A program made the translations under genes and the position numbers. A DNA stretch of 64,000 nt from contig JAZHDH010000023.1 in the NCBI GenBank assembly GCA_036584335.1, positions 17,857 through 81,856 of the forward strand. Direction: 5' to 3'. This document shows positions 56,081 to 64,000 of this stretch, piece after piece; the stretch's first letter is position 1, and every line of letters begins with the position of its first letter. The stretch is from Pseudodesulfovibrio sp. GTDB lineage: Bacteria > Desulfobacterota > Desulfovibrionia > Desulfovibrionales > Desulfovibrionaceae. The notes under the pieces were generated by a model. That model was not told the DNA's origin. It did no database searches and worked only from the letters and a program-made list of their open reading frames with translations.

Positions 56081-56280
56081 GGCGTATCGGTCGGTTCGGT
56101 TGAGGTTCTGGCAGGAACTACCCGCAAGCATAGGTCAAAAGGCCAGCCATGACAAGGCGTTTGGTCGGGGTGAATAGCCGATGCGTCCCCTTTTCCGGCG
56201 GCTGGGGCTTGACATTTTCCCGGCCAGCGGACAAAGAATACTAAGTTTCAAGCCAATAACGGGTTGCTCAGGAGGATAAC

Positions 56281-56424
56281 ATGATTGGTGAACTGCTTTC
56301 CGGGATGGCGCACAGCTCCGGCCCCGGTTTTGTTGGTGTATCCCTGATTTTCATCTATCTCGCATGGATTCTCGCCATCGGCTGTATTCGGGTGAAGGAA
56401 GCCATGAACGAGGACCACCACTAG
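56281..56424 (+). CDS. 47-aa single-TM small protein (MIGELLSGMAHSSGPGFVGVSLIFIYLAWILAIGCIRVKEAMNEDHH)
   Basis: AGGAGG RBS, TTGACA at 56209, hydrophobic helix, terminator hairpins after the stop; absent from the ORF track. Confidence 0.7.
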   Translation: MIGELLSGMAHSSGPGFVGVSLIFIYLAWILAIGCIRVKEAMNEDHH

Positions 56425-56465
56425 AAGAAAAAACGCGGAGCCATGGCCCCGCGTCCGGTTTTTCC

Positions 56466-56503
56466 GAAAAGGCCGCCTTCCTGCGGGAAGGGCGGTTTTT
56501 TTC
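56466..56503. terminator. Bidirectional terminator hairpin
   Basis: AAAAGGCCGCCTTCC-tgc-GGGAAGGGCGGTTTTTT between convergent genes. Confidence 0.7.
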
Positions 56504-56507
56504 GTCT

Positions 56508-57398
56508 TCAGGCCGGGCGCCTTCCGGCCTCGCCTTCCAGGACGATGTCGAGCAGGTATTGCCCGTAGCTGTTCTGGCTCATGACGCAGGCCAGCCGACG
56601 GAGTTGGTCGGCGTCGATGAAGCCCCTGCGGTAGGCTATCTCTTCCGGGCTGGAGATGACGTAGCCCTGCCGCTCCTGGACCGCGCGCACGAAACTGGCC
56701 GCGCCGTGCAGGGATTCGTGGGTGCCCATGTCCAGCCAGGCGTAGCCGCGCCCCAGGGTCTGGACCTCCAGGTCGCCCCGCTCCAGGTAGAGCTTGTTGA
56801 TGTCGGTGATCTCCAGCTCGCCCCGCGCCGACGGCTTCAGTGATTTGGCCATGGCGATGACATCGTTGTCGTAGAAATACAGGCCGGTCACCGCGTATTT
56901 GGACTTGGGCTTTTGGGGCTTCTCCTCGATGGAGAGCGCCTGGAACTGGGCATCGAACTCGACCACGCCGTAGCGTTCCGGGTCCTTGACCAGGTAGGCG
57001 AAGACGATGCCGCCCGTTTGCAACCCGCCGCAGGCCTTGAGGATGGAGCCGAGGCCGTGGCCGTAGTAGATGTTGTCGCCCAGCACCAGGCTGACGGTGT
57101 CCTTGCCGATGAAGTCCTCTCCGATGAGAAAGGCCTGGGCCAGTCCTTCGGGCTTGGGCTGGACCCTGTAGCTCAGGTTCAGGCCGAGCTGGGAGCCGTC
57201 GCCGAGGAGCTCCTCGAAGCGGGGCAGGTCGGTCGGAGTGGAGATGATCAGGATGTCCCGGATGTCCGCCAGCATGAGCGTGGACAGGGGATAGTAGATC
57301 ATGGGCTTGTCGTAGACCGGCAGGAGCTGCTTGCTCACCACGCGGGTCAGGGGGTGCAGGCGGGTGCCGGAACCGCCCGCCAGGATTATGCCTTTCAT
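56508..57398 (-). CDS. rfbA: Glucose-1-phosphate thymidylyltransferase
   Basis: [45 protein letters not shown]. Confidence 0.97.
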   Translation of the reverse strand: MKGIILAGGSGTRLHPLTRVVSKQLLPVYDKPMIYYPLSTLMLADIRDILIISTPTDLPRFEELLGDGSQLGLNLSYRVQPKPEGLAQAFLIGEDFIGKDTVSLVLGDNIYYGHGLGSILKACGGLQTGGIVFAYLVKDPERYGVVEFDAQFQALSIEEKPQKPKSKYAVTGLYFYDNDVIAMAKSLKPSARGELEITDINKLYLERGDLEVQTLGRGYAWLDMGTHESLHGAASFVRAVQERQGYVISSPEEIAYRRGFIDADQLRRLACVMSQNSYGQYLLDIVLEGEAGRRPA

Positions 57399-57536
57399 CT
57401 GTGCCTCGCTGCTCCTGTGATTTACTTCGAATGTGAGTTAGGATACATCCCAACGGCACATGACACGCAATACCCTATAGGGCCTGGACGGGCCAAAAGG
57501 CAACCCGATTGACGAACCCGGGGAGCGGTGACCAGC

Positions 57537-58271
57537 ATGAATTATCCCTATTTTCAGTTCTCCGGCGGCATATTCGCGGCGCTTCTGTTCCTGGTGGCCC
57601 TGTTCTTTCTGTTCATTTTCCTGCCCGTGTCCCTGGTCACCGAAGCCTTTTCCAGGCTGGGGCTGACCCCGGTGCAGGGGTTTCTGGTACTCATCGCCAT
57701 CCTTCTCGGCCGCACCGTGAACCTGCCGGTCTTCACCAGCGAGCGGCTGGTGATGGTCCCCCGGCGGCGTGGTGCCCGGTTCACCCTGGATGAAAACGGC
57801 CATCTGCTTCAGATCGACGAGGAGCCGGGCAACGAGTTGAAAAAGCAGGTCCTGGCCGTGAACGTCGGCGGCTGCGTCATGCCCGTGCTGCTCAGCCTGA
57901 CCTTTCTGGTCGGGCTGCACGTGGCGGACCGGGCGGAGGGCGTCTATCCCTGGCTCGCGTTTTCGCTCGCCGCCGTGGCCGTGGGCTGCTACGCCATGGC
58001 CCGGCCCGACCCGCTGACCGGGTTGCGGGTGCCCCTGGTCATGCCGGGGCTGATGACTTTCCTCTCCGTGTATTTCTTCGTTCCCGAACCGCTGCGGCCG
58101 GTGACGGCCTACGTGGCGGGGACGTTGGGCACGCTGATCGGCGGCAACCTGATCCCGCTGCTTTCGCCGCGCATCCGGTCCCGGATCGGCACGCCCGAAA
58201 TCGCCATCGGCGGGGCGGGAACCTTCGGCGGCGTCTTCGTGGCCGGAATCCTGGCTGTCCTGCTGGCCTAG
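57537..58271 (+). CDS. DUF1614-like membrane protein
   Basis: VNLP, AVNVGGC..P, GTLIGG, IGGAGTFGGVF. Confidence 0.8.
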   Translation: MNYPYFQFSGGIFAALLFLVALFFLFIFLPVSLVTEAFSRLGLTPVQGFLVLIAILLGRTVNLPVFTSERLVMVPRRRGARFTLDENGHLLQIDEEPGNELKKQVLAVNVGGCVMPVLLSLTFLVGLHVADRAEGVYPWLAFSLAAVAVGCYAMARPDPLTGLRVPLVMPGLMTFLSVYFFVPEPLRPVTAYVAGTLGTLIGGNLIPLLSPRIRSRIGTPEIAIGGAGTFGGVFVAGILAVLLA

Positions 58272-58289
58272 AAAATCCAAGGAGAAGGC

Positions 58290-59078
58290 ATGACCGAACG
58301 CACCGTGACATTGATCCTGGAATCCGGAGTGGAAAAGGGACGGCGCATGCACTGCTGTGCAGCGGGCGCGGACGCTCCCTCCGGCTGGCTGCTCGCCCAG
58401 GGCGCTTTGCCGCACCTGCGGGCGGGCGACCGCCTCACCGGAGAAGGCGCGGAATTCGCCGTGCTGTCCACGGGCTGGCTGCCCGGCGGTCCGGGCGAGG
58501 CTTCCGGGCGCATGTGCCTTGTCGAAGCCCTGGCCGCCGTCCGGCCGGGGCGGTTGGAATGCGCCGTTTCCCGTTGCGGCTATGCCCTGGCCTGGATCAC
58601 CCTGAGCGACAAGGGCGCGGCGGGCAAGCGAACGGACGAGTCCGGCCCGCTCATAGGCGAGATGGCGGCGCGCCACCTCGATCTGAACACCGTGCAGGGG
58701 TTCATCATTCCGGACGAGCCATCCCGGCTCAAGGCGTTGCTGGCGGACCTCGCCCTGGGGCAGGGGTTCGACCTGATCATGACCACCGGCGGCACCGGCG
58801 TAGGCCCGCGCGACATTACGCCCGAGGCCACCCTGGCCGTCATAGAGAAGCGGCTGCCCGGCTACGAGCGGGCAATGACGGCCGCCAGCCTGGCCAAGAC
58901 GCCCCACGGCGCCATCTCCCGGGCCGTGGCCGGGACGCTGGGACAGGCCCTGATCGTGAACATGCCCGGCAGTCCCAAGGCCGTGGCCGAGTGCCTTGAT
59001 CCGCTGCTTCCGACCTTGCGGCACACCCTGGAGAAATTGCAGGGCGACCCATCGGATTGCGCACTTTTACGTAAATGA
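58290..59078 (+). CDS. MogA/MoaB molybdenum cofactor biosynthesis protein with N-terminal extension
   Basis: TLSD, DESG, IIPDE, TTGGTGVGPRDITPEAT, SRAVAG, NMPGSPKA. Confidence 0.9.
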   Translation: MTERTVTLILESGVEKGRRMHCCAAGADAPSGWLLAQGALPHLRAGDRLTGEGAEFAVLSTGWLPGGPGEASGRMCLVEALAAVRPGRLECAVSRCGYALAWITLSDKGAAGKRTDESGPLIGEMAARHLDLNTVQGFIIPDEPSRLKALLADLALGQGFDLIMTTGGTGVGPRDITPEATLAVIEKRLPGYERAMTAASLAKTPHGAISRAVAGTLGQALIVNMPGSPKAVAECLDPLLPTLRHTLEKLQGDPSDCALLRK

Positions 59079-59186
59079 TTCGTCGTATTTACACTTGCAG
59101 ACTGGCCTGAGACTTGGTAAAGACTTGGGTGTGATTTTGTTGCAGGTTCAACAGAAGTGCTTGAAATATCAGATAGGATGTCATCT

Positions 59187-60560
59187 ATGCGCCTCAAACG
59201 GTTTTGGTTTTTGCCCGTGGTGGCCGTGGCCTTTCTGGCCCTTGCCGGTTTCGCTTTCGCTCAGGATGCCGATCCCGACATGGCGTCGGCCGACGACGCC
59301 AAGATGGAGGACATCACCGGCTCCTTCGAGTTGGAGCGGTGCGTGAAGAGAGCCCTCGCGCTCAACCCGAGCATGACCGGCATCCGTGCCCAGCTCCAGG
59401 GGAGCAAGTACGGCACCAAGTCCTCTTTCGGCGCTTTCCTGCCGTCCGTGAGCGGCACCTACGGCTGGACCCACTATGACCGCAAATATTCCTACAGCGG
59501 CCATTACAGTGACTGGGCCAGTTCGGTGGACGTCAGCCAGCCCGTGTTTCACGGCTTCAACATCCTGGCCACCTGGCAGAAGGCGCAGCTGACCGAGGAG
59601 TCCAACGAGGCCTCGCTGAACAACGTCGAATTGTCGCTCATCGCCAGCGTGCAGTCCAACTTCCTCTCGCTCCTCAAGGCCCGCATGGACGTCAAGAGCG
59701 CGCTGGATTCCGTGGCCCGTCTCGAATCCCAGCTCAAGGTGATCACCGCATTTTACGATGTAGGCCTGCGGCCCAAGGCCGAAGTGCTCGACGCCGAGGT
59801 CGACCTGGCCACCGCGCGCCAGGGGCTTCTCACCGCCCAGAACAACGTGTCCATCCAGGAGACCCAGCTGAATACGCTGCTCAACATCCCGGTGGAGACC
59901 CAGGTTGATTATGTGGGCGAACTCAAGGACATCCCTTTTGATCTGGACCTCAAGGATTGCCTGTCGCGCGCCTATGCCGGGCGGCCCGACCTGGTCATCG
60001 GCCAGAAGAGCGTCGAGATCGCCAAGAAGGACGTGACCCGCGCGGCCAGCAGCTTCTATCCCCAGGTGGACGCCGATTGGGGCTACACCAACAAGGGCGC
60101 CAACCCCGGCCTCGGAAGGGGCAGCGGCGACTATCCGTACACCTCCAAGGAGTACTGGACGGCCGGTGTCTCCGCGTCCATGAGCATCTTTCAGGGCGGG
60201 CAGGACTACTACGACTACAAGCAGTATGAAGAGGTGGTGAAGCAGGTCGAGGCCGAGCTTGAGAACACCCGTCTCAACGCCGGGTTCGAGGTCAAGCAGG
60301 CCCTGCTCAACATCAAGGAAGCGGCCGACCGAATCACCGTGGCCCGCAAATCCGTGGAAGCCGCAACCGAGGCCTACCGCATGGCCGTGGCCCGGTATCA
60401 GGCCCAGGTCGGCACCAACACCGACGTGTTGAACGCCCAGGCGCGCCTGACCGACAGCGAGGCCCAGCTCTCGCAGTCCCTGGCCGACTATGGCACCGCC
60501 ATTTCCACCCTGTACGTGGCCATGGGCGAGAAGAATCTCGGCCTGAAGGAGGCCAAGTAG
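59187..60560 (+). CDS. TolC-family outer membrane protein
   Basis: Signal peptide; two OEP repeats (ALALNP, FLPS, RPDL, FYPQ, ARYQAQVGT..DVL.AQ). Confidence 0.9.
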   Translation: MRLKRFWFLPVVAVAFLALAGFAFAQDADPDMASADDAKMEDITGSFELERCVKRALALNPSMTGIRAQLQGSKYGTKSSFGAFLPSVSGTYGWTHYDRKYSYSGHYSDWASSVDVSQPVFHGFNILATWQKAQLTEESNEASLNNVELSLIASVQSNFLSLLKARMDVKSALDSVARLESQLKVITAFYDVGLRPKAEVLDAEVDLATARQGLLTAQNNVSIQETQLNTLLNIPVETQVDYVGELKDIPFDLDLKDCLSRAYAGRPDLVIGQKSVEIAKKDVTRAASSFYPQVDADWGYTNKGANPGLGRGSGDYPYTSKEYWTAGVSASMSIFQGGQDYYDYKQYEEVVKQVEAELENTRLNAGFEVKQALLNIKEAADRITVARKSVEAATEAYRMAVARYQAQVGTNTDVLNAQARLTDSEAQLSQSLADYGTAISTLYVAMGEKNLGLKEAK

Positions 60561-60565
60561 CGGGT

Positions 60566-60769
60566 ATGTTCGGCCAAAAGAGGTCTTGGCAGGCCAGGGG
60601 CATGGCCTGCGAAAAATGCGGCCATGACCTGACGGCCCATCGCGGATGTCGCGAGGTTTCCCTGCGGTGCCCAACCTGCGGGCAGATTTACGACCTGAGG
60701 AAGTTCGCCGCCGAAATGGACGAGGATTTCGAGGAGGCTATGGGGTTTGTGCCCATGGACAGGATCTGA
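60566..60769 (+). CDS. Small dual-CXXC protein (Cys form)
   Basis: CEKC..RGC..CPTC and acidic tail ending MDRI. Confidence 0.75.
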   Translation: MFGQKRSWQARGMACEKCGHDLTAHRGCREVSLRCPTCGQIYDLRKFAAEMDEDFEEAMGFVPMDRI

Positions 60770-60782
60770 TTCCTCTGCAGAA

Positions 60783-61700
60783 ATGCGCATTGGACGCGCG
60801 GCCTTCGTACTGACGTTGGCCGCCGTCTTCTTTTTCATCCCCCTGACCGTCCGGGCGGAGGACGGGGAGTGGCAGCCGCTGGTGGACCGTCTGGCGGCCG
60901 ACGGCTTCGATCGCACCTATGTCCAGTCCCTGTTCGGCCGCAAGAGCCTGCGTTTCGATCCGGAGATCATGGCCCGCAAGATGAACGTCCTGCTGGATAC
61001 CCGGCTGACGGCCAGGAGTCCGGCACCTGCGCCGGAACCTGAAGTCCTGACCCGCTATCTCAATCCCATCCTGCTGGCCGGGGCCTATGCCTATTTTCGC
61101 GAGCATTCGGCCGACTTCGAAGTCATTCGCCGTCAATACGCCGTGCCGGGAGAAGTGCTGACCGCGCTGATGCTGGTGGAGACCAAGCTCGGCACCCAGG
61201 TGGGCAGCAAGAACGGTCTGACCATCCTGGCCTCCATGGCCCTGGCGGGGGATTTCGAGCGCATCAGGGATCACATCGAGCCCGTCGATATTTCCGAAGA
61301 AACGCGGCAATGGCTCGAGCGGCGCACCGCGCAGAAGGGCAACTGGGCCTATGAGGAGCTCAAGGCGCTGATCACCTATGCCCGCCGCAACCGGCAGGAT
61401 CCGCTGAACATACCCAGCTCGGTCTACGGGGCCATCGGACTGTGCCAGTTCATTCCGTCCAGCGCCATCCATTACGGCGTGGACGGCAACGGCGACGGCC
61501 GGGTGGACCTGTTCGACAACACGGACGCCCTGTTCAGCATGGCCAATTTCTTGAAACGGCACGGATGGAAGGGAAGGCTCGACCGCGACGCCGAGCTCAA
61601 GATCATCTACCGTTACAATCATTCGGAGAGCTACGCCCTGACCATCCTGGCCGTGGCGGACCGGATCACGAAGACCAGCCGGTTTTTCGGCAATCAGTGA
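60783..61700 (+). CDS. Lytic murein transglycosylase (MltB/SLT_2 family)
   Basis: VETKLG, SVYGAIGLCQFIPS, D-G-N-G-D-G-R-V-D EF-hand, SMANFL, YNHS. Confidence 0.9.
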   Translation: MRIGRAAFVLTLAAVFFFIPLTVRAEDGEWQPLVDRLAADGFDRTYVQSLFGRKSLRFDPEIMARKMNVLLDTRLTARSPAPAPEPEVLTRYLNPILLAGAYAYFREHSADFEVIRRQYAVPGEVLTALMLVETKLGTQVGSKNGLTILASMALAGDFERIRDHIEPVDISEETRQWLERRTAQKGNWAYEELKALITYARRNRQDPLNIPSSVYGAIGLCQFIPSSAIHYGVDGNGDGRVDLFDNTDALFSMANFLKRHGWKGRLDRDAELKIIYRYNHSESYALTILAVADRITKTSRFFGNQ

Positions 61701-62800
61701 TCGTCGAGCAGGCTGTGGTAGAGATTCAGGCTGCGCTTGAGAAAATCATCCAGGTTCAGTTGGGACATGAGCCGTTTCTGGCGGTCCAGGACCTGAACCT
61801 TCACCGGTTCCTTCGATACCTCGAAGATGGCCGTCGCCATCGCCTTCTCGTCGCCGGGAGGCGCCAGGGCGGGCGCGCTGACCAGATCGGGCATGACGCC
61901 TACGGTGGTGGAAACCAGCGGGCGGCCTGCGGCCATGATTTCCAGGGCCGCGCGGGCGATGGTCTCGGACCAGAGCGAGGCGACCACGCCTATGTCCAGG
62001 GCCGAGATGCAGGCGGGCACGTCGTCGCGGCGGCCGCTGATGCGCGTGATGTCGCCCACGCCCGACGCCGCTATCTCGGACTCGATTTCGTCGCGGGTCA
62101 TGGCCGTGTCGAAACCGATGAGGAAGAGCTTGATGTTCGGCAGTCCGGCGTTGCGCAGCCTGGCCACGGCGCGGATCAGCTCGCGGTGTCCCTTGACCCG
62201 GTCGAAGCGGCCGAGCAGGCCGACCACCAGGTCGTCCGGGCCGAATCCGAATTCGCGCCGCACGGTTTCGCGGCCCTCGGGATCGAAGGCGAAGCGTTCG
62301 GTGTCCACGCCGCCGTGGATGAGCCAGACCCCCTTGCCGGGGGTGCGCATCTTCCTGAGGAAGTGTTCGGCCATGAACCGGTTGGTGACGACCACGGCGT
62401 CGGCCACGCTGGCGTGGAGCCAGCGGTTGACGGCGTCGCTGCGGGGCGGGCGCTGGTCGCCTCGGGTACGCACCAGCCGGAAGTGAAAGCCCGCCAGCTT
62501 GAGCAGCCCCCAGAGAAAGAAGCCTTCGCCCCGGTGGCAGTTGACGATGTCCGGACGGTGCGTCCGGAGCAGTTGTATGATATGACCGGTGGCGCGGGCG
62601 AAGCGGACGGGGTTGGTGGTGTTCAGGTCCACGGATTCGGTGCGCAGCCCGCTCGCCTGTGCCGCCTTTTCCGCGTCCGTGCCCGCCTGGGTCAGCACCA
62701 GCACCTCGTGCCCGGCGTCGGCCAGGAGACGGCTCAGGGTGATGGCATACCACGCGGTGGCGTTGAACCAGCGGACGTTGATGACTTGGAATATTTTCAT
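61694..62800 (-). CDS. Glycosyltransferase family 4
   Basis: HGGVD, GRFDRVKG, SETIARAALEIMAAG. Confidence 0.9.
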   Translation of the reverse strand: MKIFQVINVRWFNATAWYAITLSRLLADAGHEVLVLTQAGTDAEKAAQASGLRTESVDLNTTNPVRFARATGHIIQLLRTHRPDIVNCHRGEGFFLWGLLKLAGFHFRLVRTRGDQRPPRSDAVNRWLHASVADAVVVTNRFMAEHFLRKMRTPGKGVWLIHGGVDTERFAFDPEGRETVRREFGFGPDDLVVGLLGRFDRVKGHRELIRAVARLRNAGLPNIKLFLIGFDTAMTRDEIESEIAASGVGDITRISGRRDDVPACISALDIGVVASLWSETIARAALEIMAAGRPLVSTTVGVMPDLVSAPALAPPGDEKAMATAIFEVSKEPVKVQVLDRQKRLMSQLNLDDFLKRSLNLYHSLLDDH

Positions 62801-62869
62801 GGCGTGCGTTCGGCCTCGTTGATGGTCCAACATGACAGGTCGCGTGCGTGAAGGCAAGGCCTTATATTC

Positions 62870-63730
62870 ATGGATGAAACGCTGATTTCCATAATTTTGC
62901 CCACCTACAACCGGGCGCAGTTCATCGAGTCCGCCCTGCGTTCGGTCTTCGTCCAGACCCATTCCCGTTGGGAGCTGGTGATCATCGACGACGGGTCCAC
63001 CGACGGCACTTCCGAAGTCCTTGCCCGGTATGACGATCCCCGCATCATCCTGGTTCGACAGGAAAACCAGGGAGTATCGGCGGCGCGGAACGCGGGCGTC
63101 GCGCGGTGCTCGGGCGGGGTTATCGCCCTGCTGGATTCCGACGACGAGTGGCTGCCCAGAAAACTGGAGAAGCAACTTGCCTACATGCGGCGGCACGGCT
63201 ACGAAATCTGCCAAACGGACGAGATCTGGATTCGCGGCGGCAGGCGCGTGAATCCGAAGGCCAAGTATGCCAAGCCGGAAGGGTGGTTCTTCAAGGATTC
63301 CCTTGAGATGTGCCTGATCAGCCCGTCCTGCTCCATGTTCACCAGGGCGGCCTGGGAGGTCATGGGGCCGTTTGATGTGCACATGCCATCCTGCGAGGAT
63401 TACGATATGTGGCTGCGGGCCTGCCTCCACTACCCGGTGGGGCTGGTGCGCGAGCCGCTGACCGTCAAGCACGGCGGCCGCCCGGACCAGCTATCCAATT
63501 GCGTGCCCTGTGCGGACCTGCACCGTATCCGGGCCTTGATGAAAATCCTGCAAAGCGGGAAACTTGACGAGGAGCAGGGCAGGGACGCCCTGTCGGCCCT
63601 GGGGCGCAAGGTGGAGATTTATATGCAAGGGTGCGGAAAGAGAGGAAAAACCGATGAGGCAGAGCGGGTTTGGAACCTGTTTTGCATGGTGCGGGAAGGG
63701 AAAAAAGTTCCCTTGAATACATTGCGTTAG
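62870..63730 (+). CDS. Glycosyltransferase family 2
   Basis: IILPTYNR, DDGSTD, NQGVSAARN, LDSDD, EDYDMW. Confidence 0.92.
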   Translation: MDETLISIILPTYNRAQFIESALRSVFVQTHSRWELVIIDDGSTDGTSEVLARYDDPRIILVRQENQGVSAARNAGVARCSGGVIALLDSDDEWLPRKLEKQLAYMRRHGYEICQTDEIWIRGGRRVNPKAKYAKPEGWFFKDSLEMCLISPSCSMFTRAAWEVMGPFDVHMPSCEDYDMWLRACLHYPVGLVREPLTVKHGGRPDQLSNCVPCADLHRIRALMKILQSGKLDEEQGRDALSALGRKVEIYMQGCGKRGKTDEAERVWNLFCMVREGKKVPLNTLR

Positions 63731-63801
63731 CCACAAGGGGCCAGCAGCAACCGTTTCCGGCCGTTCGGGGATGACCCGAAGGTGCGGACCAGAGGTGTTT
63801 C

Positions 63802-64000
63802 GTGCCACCAATTGCCCGTCTCATAGACCTGCTTCCCAACATCGAGCAGTCGCGCATGGTCGCGTCCGGCTACGGCGTATGGGTTTCCTGGAAGGGAAAC
63901 CTGAACAACGCCGTGGAGAACACCCTGCGCGAGTATGGCGCCCTGATGCTGGCGGAGGAGGACGGGCAGGCCCTGTGGTTCTGCAATACCCGGGAATTGT
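63802..64000 (+). CDS. Hypothetical protein, 3' truncated by window edge
   Basis: GAGG RBS, GTG start, open frame MPPIARLIDLLP..GYGVWVSW..ALWFC to the window end. Confidence 0.65.
   Translation, partial: MPPIARLIDLLPNIEQSRMVASGYGVWVSWKGNLNNAVENTLREYGALMLAEEDGQALWFCNTREL

Noticed and set aside
56281-56424. 47-aa ORF as precursor peptide for the YcaO
   Set aside because: About 4 kb away with unrelated genes between, and it looks like a TM helix rather than a leader-core peptide.

Overview
GC-rich chromosomal window of a sulfate-reducing Desulfovibrionaceae bacterium (Pseudodesulfovibrio-like, inferred from qrcABCD and gene content). Most of it is core genome: fur, tRNA-Ser, a Zn/Mn-binding protein, mazG, cvpA, rfbC-manC, qrcABCD, an RND pump, an amino-acid ABC transporter, deoC, cbiC, a four-subunit 2-oxoacid:ferredoxin oxidoreductase, PNP, motAB, an acyl-CoA carboxylase, ssb, YcaO, an RdgC-like pair, rfbA, mogA, tolC, mltB and glycosyltransferases. 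Three regions stand out. (1) 1-11351 is a co-oriented putative catabolic operon: GS-like ligase, C45 Ntn-hydrolase, CUT1 ABC importer with asymmetric ATPases, radical SAM/SPASM enzyme and a molybdopterin oxidoreductase fused to a class I glutamine amidotransferase. (2) 13248-16900 is an islet at the 3' end of tRNA-Ser encoding a secreted M23/Golvesin-like/RCC1 mosaic protein. (3) 49900-50630 is an AT-rich scar. A tRNA-Leu(TAA) gene there is cut off in its anticodon loop, and a complete but divergent tRNA-Leu(TAA) lies about 200 bp downstream. That copy is followed by a truncated ORF and the end of an IS630 element abutting a palindromic repeat. All calls come from motif recognition by eye; no database searches were run.
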